DNA of 64,000 nucleotides from Eledone cirrhosa (lineage: Eukaryota): positions 340,318,001 to 340,382,000 of the forward strand of contig OZ024743.1 of NCBI GenBank assembly GCA_964016885.1, given 5' to 3'. The translations under genes were made by a program, and so were the position numbers. Positions within the stretch are counted from its first letter, which is position 1, and every line of letters starts with the position of its first letter. Below, piece by piece: positions 12,032 through 25,085 of the stretch. The notes beneath the pieces are model-generated. The model was not told the DNA's origin, searched no databases, and saw only the letters and a program-made list of their open reading frames with translations.

Positions 12032-12072
<41 letters not shown>

Positions 12073-12251
12073 TGTGTGATCTTTTCAAAAAAAAAAAAAA
12101 AATTCAATTCGTCTTTTATTTCTCATTCTATTTCCTGATGAAGGACTAGTGTCCGAAACATAAAGACGGTTTTCCTACTATTTCAAGTGTTAAACTAATA
12201 TATTTCTTCATTGTACTGTGTCGTTTGTTTTGTTATTTCTCTTTACTTTTT

Positions 12252-12364
<113 letters not shown>

Positions 12365-12649
12365 ATATATATATATATATTGATATGTTGTGGTACTAGG
12401 ACTGGGAAGACCAAAATGAAAGTACTGAAGTGGGCACCGCAGAATCCCCATACACTTGGTCCAGAAGTGACTTAAGTGCCGTTCTTTTCAGTGTTAGAAA
12501 CAATATGGAAGGCAACAGTTTTGTGTTATAATTTCAAATCGATTGGCGTAGGTCTGGACGTTACGGGTTGTCTCCGACCGCAGGAGGGATCATTGATGTC
12601 ACACAGGTCAGCTATCGACTGCTTCAGGGTGGGAATCCCCAGCCAGTAA

Positions 12650-12960
12650 GGGATTAGTGCCTATATTTAGACTGAAGGTTAAATTAGTGCCTATATTTAG
12701 ACTGAAGGTTAAAGTTATGTTTATGTTGAAGTTTAGAGTCAATGTTAAAGTTAGATTTTGTTTAAATGTTAAGGCTAGAGTGAAGTTTAATGTTAGGATT
12801 AGGGTTTGGGTTTGGGCTAGAGTCATGGTTAGGGCTATGTTTAGGATATGTTAAGTTTAGTGTTAGGTTTAGGGTTAGTTTTAAGGCTAGGGTTAGGGCT
12901 AGAATTATGTCTAGGGTAAGGGTTAGAGTTAGAATTAAGTTTAGGTTTTGGGTTAATGTT
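12650..12960 (+). repeat. Degenerate (TTAGGG)n-like 6-bp periodic tract
   Basis: TTAGGG, TTTGGG, CTAGGG and TTAGAG variants in register. A similar tract in the opposite orientation lies at ~14470-14552. Confidence 0.75.
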
Positions 12961-13149
12961 GGGGATATAAATTGCTAGTTATTAAATAGATTCCTCTTTC
13001 AAATAAAGAACCCAGACATCATTATAATCCGAGAATAAATATTTCCTTTTGCATACAGTAATTCGTATCAAAGAGCCATCCATATGTTCAATCCTGAAAG
13101 GCTTTTGAAATGAAAAGGTTTTTCTAATTATCATGAAACATTTTATTTA

Positions 13150-13330
13150 ATAATTGTTTCTACTTTAGGCACAAGGCCAGCAATTACCCAGTGCATTACT
13201 GGTACTTTATTTTATCGACCCCGTAAGGATGAAAGGCAAAGTTAACCTCGGCGGGATTTAAACTCAGATCGTAAAGGGACGTAACTAATCTGGAAAGCAT
13301 GGCGTCCGACCCTCTACCGATACTGCCAAT
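13150..13330 (-). mobile_element. tRNA-derived SINE (family 1)
   Basis: Reverse complement matches the head, body and tail of 9116-9320. Confidence 0.7.
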
Positions 13331-13846
13331 AATAATGCAGTTTAATATATGTCCAATAAATTCCATTCGTCGCAACACCGTTTCTCTTTTTTTTGTGATA
13401 TATATATATTCTATTCTTTCTCTAATGTGTACACTGAATAAAACTTGATTTGAATGAAGATTAATCGAATATTTATGTTATGCATAGCGGCATAAGGGAG
13501 AACTGTGTAGGTGTTATGTTCACACACACACACACAGACAGACACACACACACAGGCACACACACAGACACACACACAGGTACACACACACACAGACACA
13601 GACACACAGACACAGACACCCACACAGACACACACACATACACGCATACACATACATTTTTATATATAAGTAGACATATACACATATGCACACATGCATA
13701 TCTATATACGTATATATGTACATATATACACTTTAATGTGTATATGTGTATAAATATATATATGTATATTTACATATCCCTCTCTCCCTCTCCCTCTCTC
13801 TCTCTCTCTCACTCTCTCACTCTCTCTCTCTCTCTCTCTCTCTGTA

Positions 13847-13936
<90 letters not shown>

Positions 13937-14596
13937 GACTAAATAGAGATAAATAACAATTTCATGTAAGGATTACGAAAACCTGACTGCATACTGCTTA
14001 CATTTTCAATTCGTTCTATACGATTTACGATTTATTAGGATGTTATTAATATGTAGTTGTTGCATATTGAATCGAGCGTGTGAAAATATGCATCATGACG
14101 TTGTGTTAAATAAACTTTCGATTATAGATTTATAAAGATAACGATAAAATGAAAATTAATAATTTATTCCATTGAGACGAAATTACGATATTATCTGTCA
14201 GTAATTGTCAGAATATGATCCGGTAATTTTCAATTATCTTTCTATATTGTTATAGTAATGGCTGTGCGTTTAAGAAATTGGACTCTGTCTCGATTCCACT
14301 ACGTAACATTTGGCCAAATATTTTTTATTATTATCTCGGTTTCACTAAAGCTTTCGCTGTGAAATTTATTGATATTTGCTGTTTAGCCTTAGGCTAGTAT
14401 TGCTCAGCTCAGTCCTTGATCAAACCATTTCATTTATTTATCAGTGAAATTATTCAGAATTATGTACACTTTAACACCATAATTCTAAAACTAAGTCCTA
14501 ACTCTAAACCCTAACTCTAAATAGCAAAACCCAAACCCTAAATCTAAATCCTGATGAACAGACAGACATACACGCACACAAGCATACAGACACACG

Positions 14597-14646
<50 letters not shown>

Positions 14647-17169
14647 AATATATAAATGGACTACCTGTAGAGTGGTTATAATTTACTTAGTTGATAATTT
14701 AATATGATATTCAATGGATCTTATCTTTAAAAATAAAGATAAAAATTTTAATGTAGCAAGTACTCTAAAGAAAGTGTAATTATGAAAATAGCGTGATTTA
14801 CTTTAGCTCAATCACTAAAGGAATGCAGCAAATACAGAGTACGACTTGCCATAAATGTTTGTCCCCTCAAACTATTTTCTTTCTTTATACACATATACAC
14901 ATATACACACCCATAAAATGGCGGTGTATATCAATACAGAATACAATTCGCCGTGATTGTTTATTACTACCTCCAAAACATATATTCATTTTTTCTCCTT
15001 TCCTTTATTCATCACAAAACAATTTCCTTCTATAGTTAGTATACATTCTTCATTTTAATTTAAGGTTATTAGATTTATGAGAAAATTTCCAGGATAAAAT
15101 ACTGCGGTCCATATGAATCACCAAAGTCTTTGAAAGTATGGCCTATGTTCATACTGAGGCACACAGTACAGTGGGTGGCGAGACTAGAGTGTGTGTCAAC
15201 CGGGTAACCATTGAGTTTGCCTTTGCTCGGGCCCCCACATACTCAAATATATACAACAAAACACAAAATTCCGCCCCCATAAAAGTTTTGCCCGGGGAAG
15301 ACCGTCCCTGACCCCTTGCTACCTCAGTGCACCAGCATAACCGCAGCTCATTATGGAGTGTCACCGCTAGGGGATTGGAAAAATATCCCTCCTGTTAAAT
15401 TGACTCCATGATATATAATATCCATGACATATAATACATTTTTAATTTAGGCAAAAGGTCAGTAATTTTGGGGTTGGGGAAAGTCGATCATATCAATCCT
15501 AGTACTTTCATGGTATTTTATTATAACGATCGATAACAGGCAAAGTTTATCTCGGCGGGATTTGAACTCTGGAGCAAATACTTCGAAGCAATTGTCTGAC
15601 AGCCAATTATCCATGATATATATATAGGCCATTTTAGTAACGAATTTGTAAAGTAACTTTACAAAAGAAGAATAAAACATCTTTTAATTCTATTCCATTT
15701 TATTATCTTTTCAATAAATGAGCGACTATACAATTTTTGAAAGGCTGTATTTAAAATTAATTACATTACATTATGAATTTCAAAAAGTGTGTTTGCTTCA
15801 TTTAAATTTTACTGTTGATGTAGAGTGAAGAAATCTTCTCCAAATATCTGATCTAAACAATAGTCATGTTATTTAAAGTTGTAATTACGCAGAGTTCAAG
15901 AATATGGTTGTACTGCTGTTGTTGTTTCTGTTCTTGTGTAGCCGTAGGTATTTCAGCATGTTTATACACAATTTCAACGTGATTAATTGTTATTTCAGCA
16001 ACACGAATACTATTTTTACATGCAATAAAGAGAATTATTACAGCAAGATTTTAACTAAATTTACAGAAGACATATAGCGCTAAATGCCTGTTCAAATAAT
16101 TTAAATAATATTATTTCAGAATACCAGGAGACTAAGTAGTTGTTTCCTTAACACAGATTGAAGTGTGCAATAATCGAAAAATAAACTTTCTAGATGAAAT
16201 TTGTTCAAAATCGATGAAGTAAAAAATAGCTATTGTGTGACAGAAAGAATAGGTTGCTTTAAGTGGAGACCACTTTGTTACAAGCATTTTGGATGAAATC
16301 TACAATCTGAAGATAACTTTCTTCCTTCCTTTCACCAGAGTATATGAAGAGAAGACACAAAAAATAACCAGACACGAAACTAAGTCTTGAGAGTGAAATT
16401 ATAAATTGCGCAGAAGCCAGTTGTATGAACGGTACATGCTATTAGGCGATGGACTTAGTCTGGTTTAACACTATGTCATGACCTTTTGGTGCCTTAGTAT
16501 CGATGTGCTGGAATGAAATATTTAAATCGACGTCTGATTTAAACTCAACCATTTGGCTCTTAGCTTCATCTTTATCCAAACCTTATGGAACAATATCTGG
16601 TGAATTGTACTTCTTATTAGCCGGGGGAGGTAAAACCTCATTTAGTCCACTTCACTTACAAGAGACTTGATAGCTGATATTTCAATTTAACTTGAAGTAT
16701 GAGAGCTTGTAAAAACACCCTGTTATAATAACGCTTTTGTTCAAATCAGAATTACTCAAAATATTATTAAAAATCTCTTCAGTTAAGAATGTAATTTGAT
16801 TCTTCTTATGAAAATCCTTATTCAAAAGTGATATCGTTAAATATAATTCACTGGCAGATTAGAGTCTGTAGAGCATCGAACAAAACGCCTTACGGTATTC
16901 AGTTACTACTATTTACATATTTACTTCAAATTTCATGAGCCTTGACTTTGCTTTTCATCTTTTGAGGTTAATAAATATAGAACAGTTTTAGTAACGCCCT
17001 AGAATCGACATAGTCGTATTATATGGATCGTCACAGGTATATATTCGCTTGAATCAACACACAGTCACCACATACATGCCCGTGCACACACGAGTGTAGG
17101 CACATTTGCATGTACACACGATTACGTACACACGCATGTTTGCACACACCAATGAAAACAGACCGAGTA

Positions 17170-17590
17170 AAGGATTAGACGGACCCATTGATCATACTGA
17201 CCAAAGGATCAGACTCATCCACTGATCATACTGACTGAATGTCAGACTGAACCACTGATCATACTGACCAAAGTAGCAGACTGATCCATTGATCATGCTG
17301 ACCAAAGCATCAGACTGATACACTGATCATACATACCAAAGGATCAGCCGGACCAAAGGATCAGACGGACACATTGATCATACTGACCAAAGTATTAGAC
17401 TGATCCACTGATCATGGTGACCAAAGGATCAGATAGATCCACTGGTCATACTAAGCAAAAGATCAGACGGACCCATTGATCATACTGACTAAAGTATCAG
17501 ACTGATCCACTGGTCATACTGAGCAAAAGATCAGACGACCAAAGGGTCCGTCTGACGCATTGGTCAACCTGACCAATGGATCAGACAGTC
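17170..17590. repeat. ~34-bp minisatellite, about 12 units
   Basis: GATCATACTGACCAAAGGATCAGACTGATCCACT-like unit starting at 17190, 17224, 17257, 17291, 17325 and onward. Confidence 0.9.
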
Positions 17591-18088
17591 TAATGAAAAC
17601 AAACTGACATACAACATACTGATAAATGACAATGATAAGCAAGCAAAGATGTGAAACAGTTTGTATATCTAGTGTAATCAGTTTACAACAACAACAAGAA
17701 CAACCGCAGAAGCTGTCAACAACAACATCGAAAACAACAAAAATCTATTAAAGTTATACCTGATAGATATTAGATTTATTATAAGAAATCTATTATTTTG
17801 AAACTGTTTTACTGTTTTGAACAATTTTCACTCAATATATTTTATGTTCAATTAGAGAACGCATTCTTAGTCAATTTGCCATATTATACAAAGAGATGGA
17901 ATAAATTGGCATCATATAGTCTTAGAAGTTTCCAAATAAAGTTAAAGGGGTTTTTGTACACATTCAAAAGTGAAAACCAACAGAGAGAAAATAACAAATT
18001 GAATAGTAATCTCTCTCTCTCTCTGTCTGTCTGTCTGTCTGTCTCTCTGTCTGTCTGTCTGTATGTCTGTCTGTCTCTCTCTCTCTCT

Positions 18089-18201
<113 letters not shown>

Positions 18202-18372
18202 AATAAATGCGATTGTTAAATAATAAATAAATCAACTAATACCTTAACACTTCACACAAAGTAAAACATTTCGTTTTAATCATTTTCTAACCCAGAAAGA
18301 GAGAGAGAGAGACAAAAAAGGTAAAAAATAGATTTTTATTTTTATTCCTCATAATCGTCTCTATCTCCCTGC

Positions 18373-18462
<90 letters not shown>

Positions 18463-18470
<8 letters not shown>

Positions 18471-18876
18471 AAGGTTTAGCAAATAATGAAAAAGTTTCAA
18501 AATAAATTTTAAAAAATTGACTTTACCTACTATAGTTACCTTTACCGATCGGTTTCGAATCCCAAAAATAAAACGGAGACCATACGGCCTTCGTTGCAAA
18601 GAAAGATTCTCGGCCCTTGATAAACCTGTTTCTTCATCCACTCTCATCCCAGGAACAGTTTTGATAGCGCTAGTTTGTGATTTAAATTCAGGAATTTTAT
18701 ATTCTTTGAATGAAAAGAACCTTCTGACGAGAATCTTTCTTTGCAACGAAGGCCGTATGGTCTCCGTTTTATTTTTGGGATTCGAAACCGATCGGCAAAG
18801 GTAACTATAGTAGGTAAAGTCAATTTTTAAAAATTTATTTTGAAACTTTTTCATTATTTGCTAAACCTTGTTTATA
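18463..18876. repeat. Foldback insertion with ~148-bp inverted arms and a hammerhead
   Basis: 18465-18612 is the reverse complement of 18728-18875. The left end abuts (TA)n. Confidence 0.92.
18719..18802 (+). ncRNA. Type I hammerhead ribozyme with long loop 2 (cleavage triplet mutated to GCA in this copy)
   Basis: Stem I ACCUU/AAGGU, CUGACGA, stem II GAAUC/GAUUC, then GAAAC-CGAUCG-GCA. The inverted arm retains GUA. Confidence 0.75.
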
Positions 18877-19000
18877 TTTGTTCTGGCTCGTTAATTTATT
18901 AACCCGCGATTGAACCACACTGGCATTTGGTTGGACAATACATGCGTACCTTAGCGCCTTGTGCGTGAAGGAACGTATTTCATATTATATAAATATATAA

Positions 19001-19112
<112 letters not shown>

Positions 19113-19155
19113 ATCTATCTGCCTACCTACCTGCCTAACTATCTATCTATCTATC

Positions 19156-22100
19156 AACCGCGTCCTCCTAAAAAATTTCACCCCCACCCCACCCAGACAC
19201 CCACTCAACCACAAACACCCCAACCCCACAACACACTGATGCCCCTTCACTTCCACAAACCACCACCCCACCCAACAACCCATCCCCAACCAGCATGGAA
19301 ATTGACCGGACGCAGAGAGGTAAGTGCCTTTTCTCCTTACCACCAACATGGCTGTGCTAAGAGTAGGGTGTCTAAATGCGCGTGGCCTGGGCTCATCTTG
19401 GAAGCAAGCAATGCTTCTAAATGACCTCAGGTCACGATCTATAAATGTGATGGTTATCTGCGAGGCCCGGATCAGCAGCATGCGACAGCTAGCCCCCACC
19501 TTTGACGACTTTGAGATGCACGCATCTTTCTGTCAGACTGGAGTTGGGGGTGGGGTTGTCGTTCTGCTGCAAAAACATCTGGGCCTTGCAACACAGATAG
19601 TTCACTTGGACCCAGGGGATCGACTGGTAGTGCTGGACCTTGGCAGTGGTGAAGGTAGAGCCTTTAGGCTGGTAGCCGCATATGCCCCTTTTGGGACAGA
19701 GCGGCCCGACTTTTTCCAGCGTCTGGAGTCTTTTCTAGGGACGTCCCGTTCCCTGCTTTTAGTGGGGGACTGGAATGGTATGCTGGATGCACGTTGGGAC
19801 TATGCAGGGGCATGTCCCGATAGAGAGGGGTGCAACAGCCTCAAGGGGTTACTCGGCCGATTTGACCTGGCCGATAGATTTCGACTAGATTTTCCGACGG
19901 TGCCAACCTGGTCTTGGTCAAATCTCAGCGGATCATCTAGGTCGTACCTAGATAGATTTTTAGTTAGAAATAAGGACAGGGACTTTTTAAGTTGTCCAGA
20001 AATGCTCATGGTTGGCTATTCAGACCACAAGTTGGTGACATGCATGGTCAACCTTGATAGAACGAATAGACAGGGCCCCGGTTACTGGAAGCTCAACTTG
20101 TCCTTGCCGGCAAGTAGAGCTTACAGGGATCGGATTAGTACGTTAGTTAAGGAACGGTTGACTGGAGCGATCGTCAACAGCAGGTGGTGGGTATCTCTAA
20201 AGAGAGAGATTAGAGTAGTCTCGATAAAATTTAGTAAGGTTCTAGCTGCGGATAGGAATAGGAAGGAAAGGGAGCTAATAGATAGAGTAGAAGAGGCAAT
20301 TAGAAGCGGCGACGTGGCCAGAGTGCTAGCGTCGAGAACGGCTTTGGGCCAGTTTTTCGACGCGAAGCACGAAGGCTGCGTTGTCCGAAGAAAAATACGT
20401 GCTCTAGGGAACGAGGGGACCAAAGCTGTTAGCTGGGCCCGCGTGACAGAGGCCAACAGTGGAACTAAATCCACCATCCGGTCTTTGCGAGACCAGGATG
20501 GACGGGCGATTCTTGAGCCTAAGCAGATGTGTGAGGCCTTTCAAAGGCACTTTGCCCGACTGTTCGGAAGGGGCGGGGAGCCGGTTGGGGATGTGGACTT
20601 CAGTCCATACCTCGACGGCCTGCCGCGTCTCTCGGACAGGGAGGCGAAGTCCTGCGAGGAGCCGATAATGGCCGCTGAGATAGAGGACGTGCTGAGCCAA
20701 TGCGGCAAACGCAAATCCCCGGGTCTCGATGGTCTTCCATACGAATTATATCTAGCTATGCCGGACTTGTTCCGCGATCTCCTCGAGGCGGTCTACTGCA
20801 ACTGGCAACAGAACAGGAGAATTCCCTGTACTGTGACCAAGGGCGTAGTCACGCTAGTGAGGAAGGACGAGAACAAGGGGGACGAAATAAGTAACTTCAG
20901 GCCCATAACTCTGCTAAATACAGAGTTACAGATTTTGGCCAAGGTGCTAGCAAAGAGGTTGGCGCTTGTCGTGGGCAACCTGGTGGGAGATGCGCAGACA
21001 TGTGCTATCCCGTCCAGGTCCATCCATGACAACCTCCACCTCATGCGATACATCATAGAGAGGGTTGGGAACGAACCCGGCTTTGGTGGGGCTCTGATCA
21101 ACTTGGATCAATCTAAGGCGTTCGATAGGGTCGACCATGGTTACCTGGATGCGGTGCTAGCGGCGGCAGGCTTCGGACCCGTTTTCAGGGGCTGGATCAC
21201 TGCTATGCACAGCAGCCGCATCTGCTCTAGGGTCAAGGTGAACGGCTACCTCTCGGAGCCGTTCAAAATCGCGCGGTCCATCCGACAAGAGTGCCCTCTC
21301 TCCTCCCTTCTGTATGTGTTGACTCTCGAGCCACTACTGCGGAAGTTGGAGTTGTTGCAGGGCATCCCTTTGGAACCGGGATTACGGAAAGCGGTGTCGG
21401 CCTACGCCGATGACGTGACAGTAATGGTGTCGACGGCCTCCGAAATCGGGGCGATCGGCACCTTACTGGAGGAGTACAAAAGGTTCACAGGGGCTAAGCT
21501 GAACCGGGATAAGTCGATCGGTTTGCAACTCGGGACGTGGAGGGGCAGACCGATGCCCTCCGATGGCGTCGTCGGACGCTGGACGGAGGGCCCGGTGAAG
21601 TTGCTCGGGGTCTGGTTCGGACCAGACCTCCAGGTGGAAAATAACTGGGCGAAGGTTACGAACAGGGTGTTTGCACTGACCCAGAAGTGGGCCAGTTGCA
21701 AACTATCCCTGAAAGGTCGGGCGGAGGTGGCGAACACCTATATAGCGTCCGTCATCTACTACCGCCTGACCGTAGTGCCTTGCCCAAGGGAAACCCTCGC
21801 CAAGATGGAGCGCGCGCTCTTCCAATTCCTTTGGAAGAGGCGGGCTCCCTTGGTGAGCAGATCCATCTGCTGTCAACACCCTTCGAAAGGAGGGCTGGGG
21901 ATGCCGTGGCTAATGATGCGTAAACACGCACTAAGGCTACGGCACCTCCACGTATTCCTCACCGGTCAACCGGTGTGGGCCTCGTTTGTGAGACGAACCT
22001 TTCCCAGACTCGTCTCACTCACCGAGCTGCAATCCTGGGTCAAGCAAAGGCCGAGAAAACTGGGGGCCTGGCACACTGAGTGTGCCCAGGCGCTCACCGC

Positions 22101-23043
22101 CCTCTGGCAGGCGGATCCGGTTATCAGTGGAGACTCCACCGCAACATTCTATAGAGGGCTGGTGGTTAGTAGGTGCGACGACGCCCTCGGAGAAGCCCTA
22201 GACATGGAGGAGGACGAACTGGCCAGCCTGTTCAGTAGGACATTCAGCCCGGGACCTATGGACAACTTCCAGAAGTCCCTGGCCTGGCAGTGCTACCGAG
22301 GGGCTCTACCCGTTCGAGAAAAGCTCTACAGACACGGGCGCCCGGGTAGGGACCCCGCCAAAAAGATCTGTCCCAGATGCGTGTGCGACGAGGAAACCGT
22401 TGCACACGCATTGGTACACTGCTCGGGCGTAGCCGATCTGTGGGGCTATGTCGAACAACTGCTGTCAAGGGTGGGACCGATCCGGTTGACCACCGAGTCT
22501 ATTGTAATGATCAAGCCGCCTCCCCCCTTCAAAGATGAAGGAGAGGCGGTGTTTCTGTGCGTAATAGCCATGGTGAAAGAAGTTGTATGGTGGACGCGTC
22601 TGAAAGGACTGAGGTCAGGCACCTTTCTCTCTGGCCAACAACTGGTCCGTTTCTTCCGATATCATTTCGGAAGAAGGATCATGATGGAGAGAGAGGTGCT
22701 CCACCCCAGTCGTTTTTATGAAAGATGGGTGAAAGTGGCGAGAATGGCCCGTGTGAATGGGCCTTCTCTTTACATAAGCCTGTAGGTGAAAAAGAGGAAG
22801 GAACGAGGGAGCACCCCTCTCTGTGCTCCCGAGGAAAAGGGTTGCACACTTATTTCGGGGGTGTGTGCGACCCCCCAAGGCGCCTCCTCTCTATTGAGGA
22901 TTTTGTTATAAATTTTATTTTTTGTTATATTTTATTTTTATATTTTGTTATTGCCTCCTCCTTATTGAGGACGCCTTGTTTTGTAAACTCCCCCCATTGT
23001 ACTTGTCCCACTTTTGATGCCCTGGTGGCAAATAAAAGAAACA
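19156..23043 (+). mobile_element. Tx1/L1-clade LINE, family B copy 1 (5'-truncated, complete ORF2)
   Basis: Flanked by (TATC)n at ~19140-19155 and 23044-23060. 3' end AATAAAAGAAACA. Confidence 0.93.
19348..22785 (+). CDS. Tx1 ORF2: APE endonuclease, reverse transcriptase and C-terminal zinc finger
   Basis: Uninterrupted frame (ORF track starts at 19324; ATG at 19348 gives MAVLRVGCLNARGL). Motifs YAP, GDWN, LDR, SDH, KSPGLDG, FRPITLLN, DQSKAFD, YADD and CPRC..H...C. Confidence 0.95.
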   Translation: MAVLRVGCLNARGLGSSWKQAMLLNDLRSRSINVMVICEARISSMRQLAPTFDDFEMHASFCQTGVGGGVVVLLQKHLGLATQIVHLDPGDRLVVLDLGSGEGRAFRLVAAYAPFGTERPDFFQRLESFLGTSRSLLLVGDWNGMLDARWDYAGACPDREGCNSLKGLLGRFDLADRFRLDFPTVPTWSWSNLSGSSRSYLDRFLVRNKDRDFLSCPEMLMVGYSDHKLVTCMVNLDRTNRQGPGYWKLNLSLPASRAYRDRISTLVKERLTGAIVNSRWWVSLKREIRVVSIKFSKVLAADRNRKERELIDRVEEAIRSGDVARVLASRTALGQFFDAKHEGCVVRRKIRALGNEGTKAVSWARVTEANSGTKSTIRSLRDQDGRAILEPKQMCEAFQRHFARLFGRGGEPVGDVDFSPYLDGLPRLSDREAKSCEEPIMAAEIEDVLSQCGKRKSPGLDGLPYELYLAMPDLFRDLLEAVYCNWQQNRRIPCTVTKGVVTLVRKDENKGDEISNFRPITLLNTELQILAKVLAKRLALVVGNLVGDAQTCAIPSRSIHDNLHLMRYIIERVGNEPGFGGALINLDQSKAFDRVDHGYLDAVLAAAGFGPVFRGWITAMHSSRICSRVKVNGYLSEPFKIARSIRQECPLSSLLYVLTLEPLLRKLELLQGIPLEPGLRKAVSAYADDVTVMVSTASEIGAIGTLLEEYKRFTGAKLNRDKSIGLQLGTWRGRPMPSDGVVGRWTEGPVKLLGVWFGPDLQVENNWAKVTNRVFALTQKWASCKLSLKGRAEVANTYIASVIYYRLTVVPCPRETLAKMERALFQFLWKRRAPLVSRSICCQHPSKGGLGMPWLMMRKHALRLRHLHVFLTGQPVWASFVRRTFPRLVSLTELQSWVKQRPRKLGAWHTECAQALTALWQADPVISGDSTATFYRGLVVSRCDDALGEALDMEEDELASLFSRTFSPGPMDNFQKSLAWQCYRGALPVREKLYRHGRPGRDPAKKICPRCVCDEETVAHALVHCSGVADLWGYVEQLLSRVGPIRLTTESIVMIKPPPPFKDEGEAVFLCVIAMVKEVVWWTRLKGLRSGTFLSGQQLVRFFRYHFGRRIMMEREVLHPSRFYERWVKVARMARVNGPSLYISL

Positions 23044-23279
23044 TATCTATCTATCTATCTACCTCGAATTCTGTCTAACACGTGGAAAATGCGCTGGTGA
23101 GTAAATGTTTTAATTTCATTGGAAATTGCATTAACTGAATCTACATGCTTACACCATTTTGTAGATAAGCTGCCACCCTACACTTTGTAGGTGGTACCAA
23201 GCCCAAATAATAAGCCCATCAGGGCGAAAAAGGGAGAAATTCCACAAAATTTCTACCGGAATTTTGAATATAGCCAAAA

Positions 23280-24762
23280 TGGCCAAATTCTTTGACCTCA
23301 TCTTCACAAAAAACACATCAGAGAATTGTGGAGATGGGCTGTCAATATCACCTTCCACAGCACTAGTAGCAGGTGAAGGCTGTCTGCCTGCTGCTATCAC
23401 CAACAAAAACAACAGTAACATCAACAGTAACAAAAACAACAACAACATCAAATCTGTCAGCCAACAATTAGATTGAGGTGGTGGAGGGACGGTAAAACTG
23501 TCAAGCCAAGAAGCAGCTCGCACCGCCTCGTTGAAACACTTCGATATGTTTAAAACCCACCCTGACAACAACACCAGCAACACCAACACGAAAACTGTGA
23601 ATGGCACAAACCAAAACAACGCCATCAACAACAACAGTGACAACGAGAACAAGAAGAACAACAACAAAACCACAACCAACAACAACAACAACAACACCAA
23701 CAACGGAAAAAACGAAAACAACCTCAACAATAAGAACAATAATAACAACAACAATACCAATAACTGCAACAAGGAAATAAACGACAAAATATCGTTTGCG
23801 CAAACTGTAAAGAAAACGGTAAGCTACACTCCGGTAGATATTTCAAATGCAAATGAGCTTTTGAATAACGCCAGACAATATGTAACTTTTGGGGAGAACA
23901 GATCATTCTCCATAAACTCTCCCCCAGATTTGCGAAGAGAAGCTGCCTTGAAAACTGTGATTTTCAGGACAATCTCAAATAAAACACGAAAACCGACGCA
24001 ACTTTCACAAGACGAAATTGAGTTGGTTTTAAAAAATGCCTTAAAAGACATTGCTTTTATTCAGAAGGGAAGTTTATCCATTCTAATGAAAGACCAATTG
24101 ACGGCACATAAATATTCTGTGTCGCCAATTGTGTCACCGCTGTTCACCTTTTCCCCCACTTACATGGGGAAAAGGACACAGAAAATAAAAATCCAAAGTA
24201 TCACACCAAATATTGACATTTGGTGGGTACTATGTGGATTTTTAAAACACGAAACAGACTATATAATATCGGTAGGTAAGTCCTCCGGCGACCTGTTCAG
24301 CGGAACTAGCCTGGAAGTTCTGGTCCAAATGACACCAGAACGAATAGCTAGGATCCCGGTACGTGTGTTGCTGGATGGACTTATATACATAAACATTTCG
24401 GTCGAGGGTAGGCGGCACTCATGTTACCACTGCTCAAGCAGGGGTCACCTGAGAGCTTCCTGTCAAAAAAGGCACTACTGCCAACACCTGCAACACCATC
24501 ACAACAATTACCACCACCACCACCACCACCACCACCACCACCACCACCACAACAACAACATAACAAAATAGTGACAACAAAACAAACGACAAACACAGTC
24601 CTACCCAAACCCTCCCCACCTAAAACAACTCCAGAAACACCCACACACATAACAGTTCCCCAAAATGTACCCCTCCCCACGGATGAGGCCTCATCATCGT
24701 CACCCAGTGACGATGAGGGAGAGCCTTTCCAACCAGTAAAAAGAAAAAAAGAAAAGACATAA
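23280..24762 (+). pseudogene. Tx1 family B ORF1, disrupted
   Basis: Asn-rich N-terminus, ISFAQ, ISVEGR..CYHCSSRGHLRASC knuckle and a Pro-rich tail in a shifted frame. Same layout as 3790-5550. Confidence 0.8.
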
Positions 24763-25085
24763 CACAAACAAAAATGCAACAAACACACAAACACCAACAC
24801 AAGCGACGCAAACAGCACAAACAGAAACACCCCCTCCTGAAAACAAAACACCTACTACAAAACGTAAACACACACAAGAACCACAGACAAAAAGCAACCC
24901 AACACAACAAAAAATGTTACACCTACATAAATACTAACAATAAAACTTTAAAAGACACCATATATAAAAACCCTTCGGTGGAGACCGAAGGGAAAACTTT
25001 TACACACTCTTCGGAGAATCCTAATCTTAAAATGATTAGGACCTCCATGGACACACATAAACAGTTAAAAGAAAAATTTCCTAAC

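Noticed and set aside
12110-12170. Hammerhead-like CTGATGA-A-GGAC-TAGT-GTCC-GAAACATA
   Set aside because: The core and stem II fit, but stem I next to the core and stem III are poor. It is probably a decayed HHR and is not listed as a feature.
16100-16435. Possible host exon with AG/GT boundaries
   Set aside because: There is no sustained open frame or recognisable peptide.
17170-17590. CRISPR-like 34-bp repeats
   Set aside because: The repeats are contiguous and degenerate, without spacers.
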